Below, piece after piece: positions 52,066-61,744 of a stretch of DNA of 64,000 nt (the first letter of the stretch is position 1; every line of letters begins with the position of its first letter). The stretch is from an uncultured Candidatus Rokubacteria bacterium (GTDB taxonomy: Bacteria > Methylomirabilota > Methylomirabilia > Rokubacteriales > CSP1-6). The position numbers and the translations under genes were made by a program. A model generated the notes under the pieces. It searched no databases. It was not told the origin of the DNA and was given only the letters and a program-made list of their open reading frames with translations. Location of the stretch: positions 800,001 to 864,000 of the forward strand of contig CAVYTA010000005.1 in NCBI GenBank assembly GCA_963771355.1, given 5' to 3'.

Positions 52066-53211
52066 GTGGATTTCGAGCTGACCGCCGAGCAGAAGGAAGT
52101 GCGCGCGCTGGCGCGGGAGTTTGCCGAGCGCGAGGTGGCCCCCGTCATCCGCGGGTACGACGAGACGCACGAGTTCCCGCACGAGATCCTGAAGAAGCTC
52201 GGCGGCACCGGGCTCCTGGGCGCGCTGGTGCCCGAGCAGTACGGCGGCGCCGGGCTGGACTACGTCTCCTACGCGCTGGCGGTGGAAGAGCTCAATCGCG
52301 TGGACGGCTCGGTGGGCATCACCATGTGGGCGCACAACTCGCTCTGCACCAACCACATCACGCTGTTCGGCTCCGAGGCGCAGAAGGCGCAGTATCTGCC
52401 CCCCCTCGCCCGGGGGGAGGTGCTCGGCGCCTGGGCGCTCACCGAGCCCGGCTCGGGGTCGGACGCCGCCGCCATGAAGACGCGCGCCGTCCGCGACGGC
52501 GATCACTTCGTGCTCGACGGCACCAAGGCCTTCATCACCAACGCGGGGGTGGGGAAGGTGGCGGTGGTGATGGCGGTGACCGATCCCGACCTGGGCCAGA
52601 AGGGCATCTCCGCCTTCATCCTCGAGAAGGGCCTGCCCGGCTTCAGCGCGGGGACCCCGTACCGGAAGCTCGGCCTGCACGCGTCGAACACCGCCGAGCT
52701 CGTGCTGGAGGGAGTGCGGGTCCCTGCCTCGAGCCTGCTCGGCGAGCCCAACATGGGCTTCGTCAACACCATGCAGGTGCTGGAAGGGGGGCGCATCGCC
52801 ATGGCCGCCATGGCGGTGGGGCTGGCGCAGGGCGCGCTCGACCAGGCCGTCCGCTACCTGAAGCAGCGCAGCGCCTTCGGCCGGCCCCTGGCCGAGTTCA
52901 ACGGGCTCCAGGGCATGCTGGCCGACATGGGCACCGAGGTGGAGGCGGCGCGGCTCCTCACCCTGCGCGCGGCGGGGCTCAAGGACGCGGGCAAGCCCGC
53001 CAAGGTGGCCGCGTCCATGGCCAAGGTGTTCGCCTCCGAGGTCGCGATGAAGGCCGCCACCAAGTCGCTCCAGATGCACGGCGGGGCCGGCTACATCACG
53101 GAGTTCCCCATCGAGCGGATCTTCCGCGACGCCAAGCTGACCGAGATCGGCGAAGGGACCTCCGAGATCCAGCGGATGGTCATCGCGCGCGAGATCCTGA
53201 ACTTCCGCTGA
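52066..53211 (+). CDS. Acyl-CoA dehydrogenase
   Basis: [37 protein letters not shown]. Confidence 0.93.
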   Translation: MDFELTAEQKEVRALAREFAEREVAPVIRGYDETHEFPHEILKKLGGTGLLGALVPEQYGGAGLDYVSYALAVEELNRVDGSVGITMWAHNSLCTNHITLFGSEAQKAQYLPPLARGEVLGAWALTEPGSGSDAAAMKTRAVRDGDHFVLDGTKAFITNAGVGKVAVVMAVTDPDLGQKGISAFILEKGLPGFSAGTPYRKLGLHASNTAELVLEGVRVPASSLLGEPNMGFVNTMQVLEGGRIAMAAMAVGLAQGALDQAVRYLKQRSAFGRPLAEFNGLQGMLADMGTEVEAARLLTLRAAGLKDAGKPAKVAASMAKVFASEVAMKAATKSLQMHGGAGYITEFPIERIFRDAKLTEIGEGTSEIQRMVIAREILNFR

Positions 53212-53229
53212 GCGGTGAGGGGAACGAAC

Positions 53230-54018
53230 ATGGCGGGGCCGGCGGTCAACTACGTGGTCAAGGACTCGGTGGCCACCATCACGCTCAACCGTCCCGAGGT
53301 GCTGAACGCGCTGAACCTCACGCTGTCCGCGGAGCTGGCGGAGGCGGCGGAGGCGGCGGCCAAGGACGACGCGGTGTGGGTGGTGGCGGTGCGCGGAGCG
53401 GGGCGCGCATTCTCCTCGGGGATGGACCGCAAGGCGCTCTCGGCGGGCAAGATCGGCGAGCCCTTTTACCGGAACTGGGTCCGGGCCCTGAATGTTCTGG
53501 AGGATATGGACAAGCTCTCGGTGGCGGTCCTCCACGGCTACTCGATCGGCGGCGGGCTCCAGCTCGCGGTGGCCTGCGACGTGCGGCTGGCGGCCGAGGA
53601 CGCCATCATCGGACTGGGCGCCACCCAGCATGGCCTCATCCCCGACGGCTCCGTCCTCCGGCTGGCGCGGCTGGTCGGCCTGGGGCGTGCCAAGGAGCTC
53701 ACCCTGCTGAACGACCCGGTCACGCCCCGGGCCGCGCTGGCCATGGGGCTCGTGAACTGGGTGGTGCCCGCGGCCGATCTGGACCGGGAGCTGGCCGTCA
53801 TCGCGGCCAAGGCGCTCGGCTCCTCCCGCACCGCCACCGGCCACGCCAAGCGCCTCCTGCACGCCTCCTTCCACACCGATCCGCGCGCGATGATCGAGGA
53901 CGTGATGCGGGCGCAGGCGGCCTGCATGACCTCCTGGGAGATCGAGGAGGCCAACCGGGCCTGGGACGAGAAGCGCGAGGCCCGCTTCGCTCCGCCGCCG
54001 GCTGACGGCGGACGCTGA
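53230..54018 (+). CDS. Crotonase-fold protein lacking both catalytic glutamates
   Basis: LNRPEVLNAL, FSSGMD, GGGLQLAVACD, GLGATQHGLIPDG. Confidence 0.85.
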   Translation: MAGPAVNYVVKDSVATITLNRPEVLNALNLTLSAELAEAAEAAAKDDAVWVVAVRGAGRAFSSGMDRKALSAGKIGEPFYRNWVRALNVLEDMDKLSVAVLHGYSIGGGLQLAVACDVRLAAEDAIIGLGATQHGLIPDGSVLRLARLVGLGRAKELTLLNDPVTPRAALAMGLVNWVVPAADLDRELAVIAAKALGSSRTATGHAKRLLHASFHTDPRAMIEDVMRAQAACMTSWEIEEANRAWDEKREARFAPPPADGGR

Positions 54019-54770
54019 TGGCCGCCGACGTCATCCTCGAGACCGAAGGCCTCACCAAGGAGTTCCGCGGCTTCGTCGCGGTGAAGGACGTCCGCCTCCG
54101 CGTGCGCCGCGGAACCATCCACGCCCTCATCGGCCCCAACGGGGCCGGCAAGACCACCTGCTTCAACCTGCTCACGCACTTCCTCGCGCCCACCCGGGGC
54201 CGCATCCACTACAACGGCCGCGACATCACCGGCAGCAGCCCCGCCGACATCGCCCGGCGGGGCCTGGTGCGCTCGTTCCAGATCTCCGCGGTGTTCCCCC
54301 ATCTCACCGTGCTGGAGAACGTGCGCATCGCGCTCCAGCGCAAGCGGGGATCGTCCTTCGACTTCTGGCGCTCGGACCGGGTCCTGGAGGCCCTCAACGC
54401 GCGCGCGCTGGAGCTGATCGCCGACGTGGGGCTCACCGACGTGGCCGGCACCCCGGCGGTGGAGCTGCCCTACGGCCGCAAGCGCGCGCTCGAGATCGCG
54501 ACCACGCTCGCCCTGGAGCCCGAGATGCTGCTGCTCGACGAGCCCACCGCGGGCATGGGCCACGAGGACGTGGCGCGCATCTCTGCGCTCATCAAGCGGG
54601 TGGCGGCGAACCGCACCGTGCTGATGGTCGAGCACAACCTCAGCGTGGTGGAAAGCCTCTCCCACACCATCACCGTGCTGGCGCGCGGCGAGGTGCTCGC
54701 CGAGGGCGACTATGCCGCGGTGTCGCAGAATCCCGACGTGATCCAGGCCTACATGGGGACGGCGGCGTGA
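54018..54770 (+). CDS. LivG-like ABC ATP-binding protein
   Basis: GPNGAGKT, RSFQ, LPYG, LDEPTAG, VEH. Confidence 0.92.
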   Translation: MAADVILETEGLTKEFRGFVAVKDVRLRVRRGTIHALIGPNGAGKTTCFNLLTHFLAPTRGRIHYNGRDITGSSPADIARRGLVRSFQISAVFPHLTVLENVRIALQRKRGSSFDFWRSDRVLEALNARALELIADVGLTDVAGTPAVELPYGRKRALEIATTLALEPEMLLLDEPTAGMGHEDVARISALIKRVAANRTVLMVEHNLSVVESLSHTITVLARGEVLAEGDYAAVSQNPDVIQAYMGTAA

Positions 54771-55468
54771 CGGATCTCCTCACCGTGCGGGGACTCGAGG
54801 CCTGGTACGACGAGTCCCACATTCTCCACGGGGTGGACTTCGACGTGCGGGCGGGCGAGGTGGTGACCCTGCTGGGCCGGAACGGGGCGGGGAAGACCAC
54901 CACGCTCAAGTCCGTCATGGGCATCGTCACCCGGCGTCGCGGCTCGGTGCGCTTCGGCGCCCACGAGCTGATCGGGCGGCCGTCCAATGTCATCGCGCGG
55001 CTGGGGCTGGGCTTCTGCCCCGAGGAGCGCGGCATCTTCGCCAGCCTCAACGTGGAGGAAAATCTCCTGCTGCCGCCCGAGGTCGCCCCCGGGGGGCTGT
55101 CCACCGAGACGATCTTCGGTCTCTTTCCGAACCTTCGCGAGCGGCTGCGGAGCCAGGGGACCAAGCTGTCGGGCGGCGAGCAGCAGATGCTCGCCATTGC
55201 CCGCATCCTGCGCACCGGGGCGCGCCTCCTGCTCCTGGACGAGCCCACCGAGGGGCTGGCCCCGGTGATCGTCCAGCAGATCGGCGCCACCATCCGGCGC
55301 CTCAAAGGGGAGGGCTTCACCATCCTCCTCGTCGAGCAGAACTTCCGCTTCGCGGCCACCGTGGCCGATCGTCACTACGTCATGGAGCACGGCCGCGTGG
55401 TGGACATGATTCCCAACGCGGCGCTCGAGGCCAACATGCCGCGGCTGCACGACTACCTCGGGGTATAA
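54767..55468 (+). CDS. LivF-like ABC ATP-binding protein
   Basis: GRNGAGKT, LSGGEQQM, DEPTEGL, VEQN. Confidence 0.92.
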   Translation: MTDLLTVRGLEAWYDESHILHGVDFDVRAGEVVTLLGRNGAGKTTTLKSVMGIVTRRRGSVRFGAHELIGRPSNVIARLGLGFCPEERGIFASLNVEENLLLPPEVAPGGLSTETIFGLFPNLRERLRSQGTKLSGGEQQMLAIARILRTGARLLLLDEPTEGLAPVIVQQIGATIRRLKGEGFTILLVEQNFRFAATVADRHYVMEHGRVVDMIPNAALEANMPRLHDYLGV

Positions 55469-55515
55469 TGCGGCGCTCGCAGCACTCACCTCACCGATTG
55501 AAAGGAGCAGCATCC

Positions 55516-56724
55516 ATGCGTCACCGCTTCCTCATCGCGCTGACCGCCGTGGCCCTCGCCGCGGGCCCGTCGGCCGCCGAGATTTCCGACGGCACGATAA
55601 AGATTGGCGTCCTCAACGACCAGTCCAGCCTCTACTCGGACCTCGCCGGGCAGGGGTCGGTGGTGGCCGCCCGCATGGCGGTGGAGGACTACGGCACCGC
55701 CGCCAAGGGCCTCAAGGTCGAGATCATCTTCGCCGACCATCAGAACAAGGCCGACGTCGGCTCCGCGATCGCGCGGCAGTGGTACGACGTGGACAAGGTG
55801 GACGCGATCGTGGACGTCCCGAACTCGGGCGTCGCGCTCGCCATCAACCAGATCACGCGCGACAAGGGCAAGGCCTTCATCGTGTCCTCGGCGGCCTCCT
55901 CGGATCTCACCGGCAAGGCCTGCTCGCCCAATACCGTCCACTGGACCTACGATACCTGGGCCCTCGCCAACGGCACCGGCAATGCCATCACCAAGACGGG
56001 TGGCGACACCTGGTTCTTCATCACCGCCGACTACGCCTTCGGGCTGGCGCTGGAGCGTGACGTCGAGGCGGTGGTGCTCAAGAACGGCGGCAAGGTGCTC
56101 GGCAAGGTGCGCCACCCGCTCAACAATCAAGACTTCTCCTCGTTCCTCCTCCAGGCGCAGGCGTCCAAGGCCAAGATCGTCGGGCTGGCCAATGCGGGCG
56201 GCGACACGACCAACTCCATCAAGCAGGGGGCGGAGTTCGGCATCGTCAAGGGCGGCCAGAACTTCGCCGGCCTCCTCGTCTTCCTCACCGACGTGCACGC
56301 GCTCGGCCTGCCCGCCGCCCAGGGGCTCATCTTCACGGAGACCTTTTACTGGGACATGAACGACAAGACCCGGGCCTTCGCCAAGCGCTTCGCCGAGCGG
56401 AACCGGGGTATCCATCCCACCATGATCCACGCGGGGGTCTACGCGGGCGTGACCCACTACCTCAAGGCGGTGGAGGCGCTCAAGTCGGATGAGGGCGGCA
56501 AGGTGATCGCCAAGATGAAGGAGCTCCCCACCGACGATCCGCTCTTCGGCAAGGGGACCATCCGGGTCGACGGGCGAAAGGTCCACCCCGCCTATCTCTT
56601 CGAGGTCAAGAAGCCGGCGGAGTCCAAGGGGCCCTGGGACTACTACAAGCTCCGCGCGACGATCCCGGCCGAGCAGGCGTTCCGGCCGCTGGACCAGGGC
56701 GACTGTCCCCTCGTGAAGAAGTAA
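55516..56724 (+). CDS. Liv-type ABC substrate-binding protein
   Basis: AAGGAG RBS, signal peptide, KIGVLNDQS, ADHQNKAD, TADYAFG, LANAGGD. Confidence 0.9.
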   Translation: MRHRFLIALTAVALAAGPSAAEISDGTIKIGVLNDQSSLYSDLAGQGSVVAARMAVEDYGTAAKGLKVEIIFADHQNKADVGSAIARQWYDVDKVDAIVDVPNSGVALAINQITRDKGKAFIVSSAASSDLTGKACSPNTVHWTYDTWALANGTGNAITKTGGDTWFFITADYAFGLALERDVEAVVLKNGGKVLGKVRHPLNNQDFSSFLLQAQASKAKIVGLANAGGDTTNSIKQGAEFGIVKGGQNFAGLLVFLTDVHALGLPAAQGLIFTETFYWDMNDKTRAFAKRFAERNRGIHPTMIHAGVYAGVTHYLKAVEALKSDEGGKVIAKMKELPTDDPLFGKGTIRVDGRKVHPAYLFEVKKPAESKGPWDYYKLRATIPAEQAFRPLDQGDCPLVKK

Positions 56725-56749
56725 CGGTCGGCGCGGACCTGGGGCGGCG

Positions 56750-57637
56750 ATGATTCCGATTCTCGGCATCCCGCCCCAGGCCCTCTTCGGCCAGCTCCTG
56801 ATCGGCCTGATCAACGGCTCCTTCTATGCCCTCCTGAGCCTCGGCCTGGCCGTCATCTTCGGCCTGCTGAACATCATCAACTTTACCCACGGCGCCCAGT
56901 ACATGATGGGCGCTTTCGTGGCGTGGTTCCTCCTCCAGCACGCCGGGCTCGGCTACTGGTGGGCGCTCCTCCTGGCGCCCATCGCGGTCGGGCTCTTCGG
57001 GATCCTGCTCGAGCGCACCATGCTCAAGCGCCTCTATCAGCTCGACCACCTCTATGGCCTGCTCCTGACGTTCGGCCTCGCGCTCATCATCCAGGGACTC
57101 TTCCGCAACCAGTACGGCTCCTCCGGGTTGCCCTATGCCATCCCCAGCCAGCTCCAGGGCGGGCAGAACCTGGGCTTCATGTTCCTGCCCAACTATCGCG
57201 CCTGGGTCATCGTGTTCTCGCTCGTGGTCTGCCTCGGTACCTGGTACGTCATCGAGCGGACGCGCCTGGGCTCCTATCTGCGCGCCGCCACCGAGAACCC
57301 CACCCTCGTGCAAGCCTTCGGCATCAACGTGCCGCGGATGATCACGCTCACCTACGGCTTCGGCGTGGGGCTGGCCGCGCTCGCCGGCGTGATGGCCGCG
57401 CCCATCTACCAGGTCAACCCGCTCATGGGCGGTGACCTCATCATCGTGGTCTTCGCGGTGGTGGTGATCGGCGGCATGGGCTCCATCATGGGCTCGATCG
57501 TGACGGGCTTCGGGCTGGGTGTCGTCGAGGGTCTCACCAAGGTGTTCTACCCGGAGGCCTCCAACACTGTCATCTTCGTCATCATGGCGGTGGTCCTCCT
57601 GGTGAAGCCCGCCGGACTCTTCGGGAGAGCCCAGTAG
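56750..57637 (+). CDS. LivH-like ABC permease
   Basis: GLAVIFGLLNIINFTHG, VIGGMGS, KPAGLFG. Confidence 0.92.
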   Translation: MIPILGIPPQALFGQLLIGLINGSFYALLSLGLAVIFGLLNIINFTHGAQYMMGAFVAWFLLQHAGLGYWWALLLAPIAVGLFGILLERTMLKRLYQLDHLYGLLLTFGLALIIQGLFRNQYGSSGLPYAIPSQLQGGQNLGFMFLPNYRAWVIVFSLVVCLGTWYVIERTRLGSYLRAATENPTLVQAFGINVPRMITLTYGFGVGLAALAGVMAAPIYQVNPLMGGDLIIVVFAVVVIGGMGSIMGSIVTGFGLGVVEGLTKVFYPEASNTVIFVIMAVVLLVKPAGLFGRAQ

Positions 57638-58573
57638 ATGGAGCCGGCTCGGCTCGGCCACCAGTGGATCGCCTTCGCGGTGATGGTGGCCGTCCTCGCG
57701 GTGGCGCCCTTCGTCGTCTACCCCGTCTTCCTCATGAAGGCGCTCTGCTTCGGCCTCTTCGCCTGCGCCTTCAATCTCCTCATCGGCTATGTGGGCCTGC
57801 TGTCCTTCGGCCACGCGGCCTTCCTGGGCTCGGCCGGCTACGTGACCGCGCACGCCGCGAAGGTCTGGGGCTGGGGACCCGAAGCCGCCATCCTCGCGGG
57901 CGTGGCCGCCGCCGCCGTCCTGGGCCTCCTCATCGGCGCCCTCGCCATCCGGCGTCAGGGCATCTACTTCGCCATGACCACCTTGGCGCTGGCCCAGATG
58001 ATCTACTTCTTCTGCCTCCAGGCGCCCTTTACCCACGGCGAGGACGGCATCCAGTCCGTGCCGCGTGGCCGTCTCCTGGGGGTGCTGGACCTCAACCACA
58101 CCCTCACGCTCTACTTCGTCGTCCTGGCGATCTTCCTCGCCGGGTTCCTCATCATCTACCGCGCCATCCACTCGCCCTTCGGTCAGGTGCTCAAGGCCAT
58201 TCGCGAGAACGAGCCGCGCGCCATCTCGCTGGGCTACAAGGCCGACCAGTACAAGCTCATCGCCTTCGTGCTGTCCACCGCGCTCGTCGGGGTGGCCGGC
58301 GGCACCAAGGCCCTGGTCTTTCAGCTCGCCTCCCTCACCGACGTCCACTGGACCATGTCCGGCGAGGTGGTGCTCATGACCCTCCTGGGCGGGCTGGGGA
58401 CGGTGTTCGGCCCCGTGGTGGGTGCCTTCATCGTCATCACGCTGGAGAACTACCTGGCCCAGCTCGGCGCCTGGGTCACCGTCGTGCAGGGGGCCATCTT
58501 CGTGGTGTGCGTGCTGACCTTCCGGCGCGGGGTGGTGGGCGAGCTGGCGCGGCTGATTCGCAAGCCGCTGTAG
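57638..58573 (+). CDS. LivM-like ABC permease
   Basis: GYVGLLSFGHAAF, AIRENE, GGLGT. Confidence 0.92.
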   Translation: MEPARLGHQWIAFAVMVAVLAVAPFVVYPVFLMKALCFGLFACAFNLLIGYVGLLSFGHAAFLGSAGYVTAHAAKVWGWGPEAAILAGVAAAAVLGLLIGALAIRRQGIYFAMTTLALAQMIYFFCLQAPFTHGEDGIQSVPRGRLLGVLDLNHTLTLYFVVLAIFLAGFLIIYRAIHSPFGQVLKAIRENEPRAISLGYKADQYKLIAFVLSTALVGVAGGTKALVFQLASLTDVHWTMSGEVVLMTLLGGLGTVFGPVVGAFIVITLENYLAQLGAWVTVVQGAIFVVCVLTFRRGVVGELARLIRKPL

Positions 58574-58583
58574 GGCGGATCCC

Positions 58584-59090
58584 ATGACGGACTTGACGTA
58601 TCGCTCGCCAAAGACGGAAGTGCGCGAGAGCCCCATCCAGGGACGGGGCCTGTTCGCGAAGCACGCCATCGCGCGGGGAGAGATCGTGGCCGTCAAGGGC
58701 GGCCATGTGCTGACCCGGGGGGAGTGGACGGCACTCGAGGGGCAGCTCGGGCCGGCGGAGATCCAGATCTCGGAGGATCTCGTCATCGCGCCGGTGAACA
58801 ATGAGGAGCGCCACGGCGCCATGCTGTATAGCAACCATTCCTGTGATCCCAACATCGCCATCCAGGGGCAGATCGTGCTCGTGGCGATGCGGAACATCGC
58901 GCCGGGTGAAGAGCTGACGCATGACTGGGCGACGACCGACGACGGAGACTACCAGATGGAGTGCCGGTGCGGGAGTCCCCGTTGCCGCCGCGTCGTCACC
59001 GGAAAGGACTGGATGAAGCGGGAGCTGCAGGCGCGATACCAGGGCTGGTTCTGCTGGTTCCTCCAGCGGAAGATCGACGCGGGCCGGTGA
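58584..59090 (+). CDS. SET-domain protein with post-SET zinc motif
   Basis: GRGLFA, NHSCDPN, GEELTHDW, CRCGSPRC. Confidence 0.9.
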   Translation: MTDLTYRSPKTEVRESPIQGRGLFAKHAIARGEIVAVKGGHVLTRGEWTALEGQLGPAEIQISEDLVIAPVNNEERHGAMLYSNHSCDPNIAIQGQIVLVAMRNIAPGEELTHDWATTDDGDYQMECRCGSPRCRRVVTGKDWMKRELQARYQGWFCWFLQRKIDAGR

Positions 59091-59109
59091 GCGGCCGGGA
59101 CCCGCGCGC

Positions 59110-59577
59110 ATGAAGACGAGCGCCGGGCTCCTGCTCTATCGTGACGCCTTCGGTCGGCTCGAGGTGCTCCTCGTGCACCCGGGCGGGCCGTTCTGGGCGA
59201 AGAAGGACGCCGGCGCGTGGTCCATTCCCAAGGGCGAGATCGGGGCGGGGGAAGATCCCCTCGCCGCCGCGAAGCGCGAGTTCGAGGAAGAGACCGGGAC
59301 GCGGCCGCCGGGCGAGGCCATCGCGCTGCCACCGCGGCGCCAGGCGGGCGGGAAGCTCGTCCACGCGTGGGCGGTGCGGGGAGATCTGGATCCCGCCGCG
59401 CTGAAGAGCACGACCTTTACCCTGGAGTGGCCGCCGCGGTCGGGCCGCCGGCAGGAGTTCCCGGAGGTCGATCGCGCCGCCTGGTTCACGCTGGACGAGG
59501 CGCGGGACAAGATCCTGAAGAGCCAGGCGCCGTTCCTGGACGACCTCGAGCGGATCGCCGGGCGCTCCTCAGGCTAG
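59110..59577 (+). CDS. NUDIX hydrolase (predicted NTP pyrophosphohydrolase type)
   Basis: HPGGPFW, WSIPKGE..AAKREFEEETG, FPEVDR. Confidence 0.88.
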   Translation: MKTSAGLLLYRDAFGRLEVLLVHPGGPFWAKKDAGAWSIPKGEIGAGEDPLAAAKREFEEETGTRPPGEAIALPPRRQAGGKLVHAWAVRGDLDPAALKSTTFTLEWPPRSGRRQEFPEVDRAAWFTLDEARDKILKSQAPFLDDLERIAGRSSG

Positions 59578-59634
59578 GGCAGGAGGACGCTCCCGGCGAT
59601 GCCGGCCCGCGCGCGCTTTCTTGGCGGCGATAGC

Positions 59635-60000
59635 TTACTTGGCTGCTGCGGTCTTGAGCACTGCGGATGCGCAGGCCTCGGCTACGTCTCGATTGGGGTC
59701 CGCTTGCCCCGGGAACGTCGCCCAGCCGGTCTTCATCACGAACTCCGTCTGTTCCCACGACGAGGTGATGGCGGTGAGCTCGCCCAGCTTCTTGGCGCGG
59801 CCCACATCGGCCTTCTGCCCGGCGAGACAGATCGGGACCAGCGCCGCCGTGACCGCGGCATCCGACTGCTTCTGCGCCACCTGGCGCGCGGTGCTACCCG
59901 TCGTCCAGCCTCCCCAGCTGAAACCTACGATCATGGTGAGAATGCTGCCCACGACAACGCCCCAGACCCCTGGCTTGAACCACGCCCGTAGCAATTGCAT
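59635..60000 (-). CDS. Hypothetical membrane-anchored protein (121 aa)
   Basis: N-terminal TM, GFSWGGWTTG, two Cys (PIC, EAC), GWATFPG; AGGGGG RBS before ATG 60000. Confidence 0.7.
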   Translation of the reverse strand: MQLLRAWFKPGVWGVVVGSILTMIVGFSWGGWTTGSTARQVAQKQSDAAVTAALVPICLAGQKADVGRAKKLGELTAITSSWEQTEFVMKTGWATFPGQADPNRDVAEACASAVLKTAAAK

Positions 60001-60100
60001 GACGTACCCCCTGATATTGTGGATTGGTAGGCTCAAGTGTAAGGAGTTGCTTTCGGGCCCGATATTGGACCAAAGTCCACCATGATTTCGCGCTGGCGCC

Positions 60101-60358
60101 GTGAGGAGCCGCGCTGACGTGGCGCTCCGGCACCTGGGCTTCATCGATCTGCCCGCCCACGCCACGGCCGGCGGATTCGATCATGCCGCGGTGCACGAGC
60201 CGACGGGGCGGATCTACGTGGCCCACACCGCCAACGACGCCGTGGACGTGATCGCGCCGCCTATGAGGACGACGCGTGACGGTGGTGACCGCCAGGTGGC
60301 CGCGGCGGCGCGCGCCGCCGGGCCACCCCAGGTGACGAGGTCGCCCGGCGGCGCTTGA
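60101..60358 (+). pseudogene. Truncated YncE/beta-propeller-like gene fragment
   Basis: IDLPAH..GGFDHAAVH..GRIYVAHTANDAVDVI reads like one propeller blade, then the sequence degenerates. Confidence 0.5.
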
Positions 60359-60364
60359 CCGCGT

Positions 60365-61690
60365 CTACTTCCGCGGCTGCAGGTAGAGCGCAGCGGCCCG
60401 CTGTCCGACTTTCCGTCCGAGAGCGAGTCCGTCCTCGCACGCGCTGCGGAAGTGGATGCCGGCGTAGACGCGCGAATCCGCGGCCTCCCGCGCGGCCTGG
60501 GAGAAGCTCGTGAAGGACCGCGTGATCCCTGGGAAGGGCCTGTCGCTCGTGAAGCTGAAGTTGGCCTGATCGCCCAGGACAGTGGCGAGCACTACCGCGG
60601 CGGCACCGCTGAACGTGCTTTGCGTGGACGGATAGTCGGAGACGGCGGGGGTGTTCTGATGACTGTCCCAGGTCGGGTCACCCACAGTGGCATCGTTGCC
60701 GTCGTTGTCGCCCTCGCGGATGGCGGTGATCGGGCGCCACAGGTCATACACGTAGCGGATCTTGAAGCCCGCGATGTAGGCGTCCGCCATTGCCATGCTC
60801 ATGAGGGCGAGGAGCCGGGCGCTGTCCCTGAGGTCGAGGTTGCGCGAGGTCGCCACCGTGCGCGCGATGGTGTTCCAGGTGCCCGGGCCTTCGAACCAGA
60901 AGCGCGCGATCTCCGTCTGGTCGGGCGTGCGGACGGTGCTGACCTTGCCGCCGAGGTTCTTCACCTCGTTGTAGTCCCGCGCGTAGGTGGCGCTGTTCAA
61001 TGCCGGCGGCCCCGGAAGCCAGTACTGCGAGGACGAGAGCAAGGTGAACGGGGTGACATTGCCCCAGCCCGGAAGGGTCGAGGCGAGGTACCCGCGCGCC
61101 GCGTCCGGATTGGCGATGGGCGGATTGGCGGGATCGGGGTTCGGATGGGGCCGCCACTTGCCGGGACCCACGCCCGGCGTATAGGGCGCGTCGCGGGAGA
61201 CGCCGTCATCCTTGCGCAGCGTCAGCATCGCGGCACCGGCCGCGCGGCCGACGGCCACGCCCTGGTTCCGGGCGGGGCTGGCGGTGACTCGAGCGATGGA
61301 CGTGACATAGGCCTGCTCGACCAGGGCGAGCGCGGCGCCCTTCTGAGCGGGCGTGCCGAAGCTATTGACGACACCGACCAGCACCGTGTGGGCAGCCGCG
61401 GCGACGGCGACGTCGGGCGACGCGGTCGCGTCCGCGGGCCCCTCGAAGTAATAGGCGTCGTACTTACGGTTGATCGCGTTCAGCGCGTCGTGGATCGCCC
61501 CGTTCATCATCGCGAGGGTGCGGGTTGACACGATGGTGTTCTGGCCGTTGGCGTCCATGAACTTCTTGGCCGTCTCGTTCCACTGGACGACCTCGTTGGC
61601 GGCGGCGGGGGTAGCGAGGGCGAGACTCAGGAGACCGGCGACCAGAGCGGTGGGGACGGCAAGTCCGATGATTCGGGCCATACGCATCAT
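60365..61690 (-). CDS. Secreted vanadium haloperoxidase-like / PAP2 superfamily protein (copy 1)
   Basis: Signal peptide, NEVVQWN, DYNEVK.LG, WRPITAIR, YPSTQS, SRVYAGIHF; GGAGG RBS. Confidence 0.85.
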   Translation of the reverse strand: MMRMARIIGLAVPTALVAGLLSLALATPAAANEVVQWNETAKKFMDANGQNTIVSTRTLAMMNGAIHDALNAINRKYDAYYFEGPADATASPDVAVAAAAHTVLVGVVNSFGTPAQKGAALALVEQAYVTSIARVTASPARNQGVAVGRAAGAAMLTLRKDDGVSRDAPYTPGVGPGKWRPHPNPDPANPPIANPDAARGYLASTLPGWGNVTPFTLLSSSQYWLPGPPALNSATYARDYNEVKNLGGKVSTVRTPDQTEIARFWFEGPGTWNTIARTVATSRNLDLRDSARLLALMSMAMADAYIAGFKIRYVYDLWRPITAIREGDNDGNDATVGDPTWDSHQNTPAVSDYPSTQSTFSGAAAVVLATVLGDQANFSFTSDRPFPGITRSFTSFSQAAREAADSRVYAGIHFRSACEDGLALGRKVGQRAAALYLQPRK

Positions 61691-61744
61691 AGGCAATCCT
61701 CCCTCGGCAACGAATCGTTCACATCACCCGCGGAGCCCGTGCCA

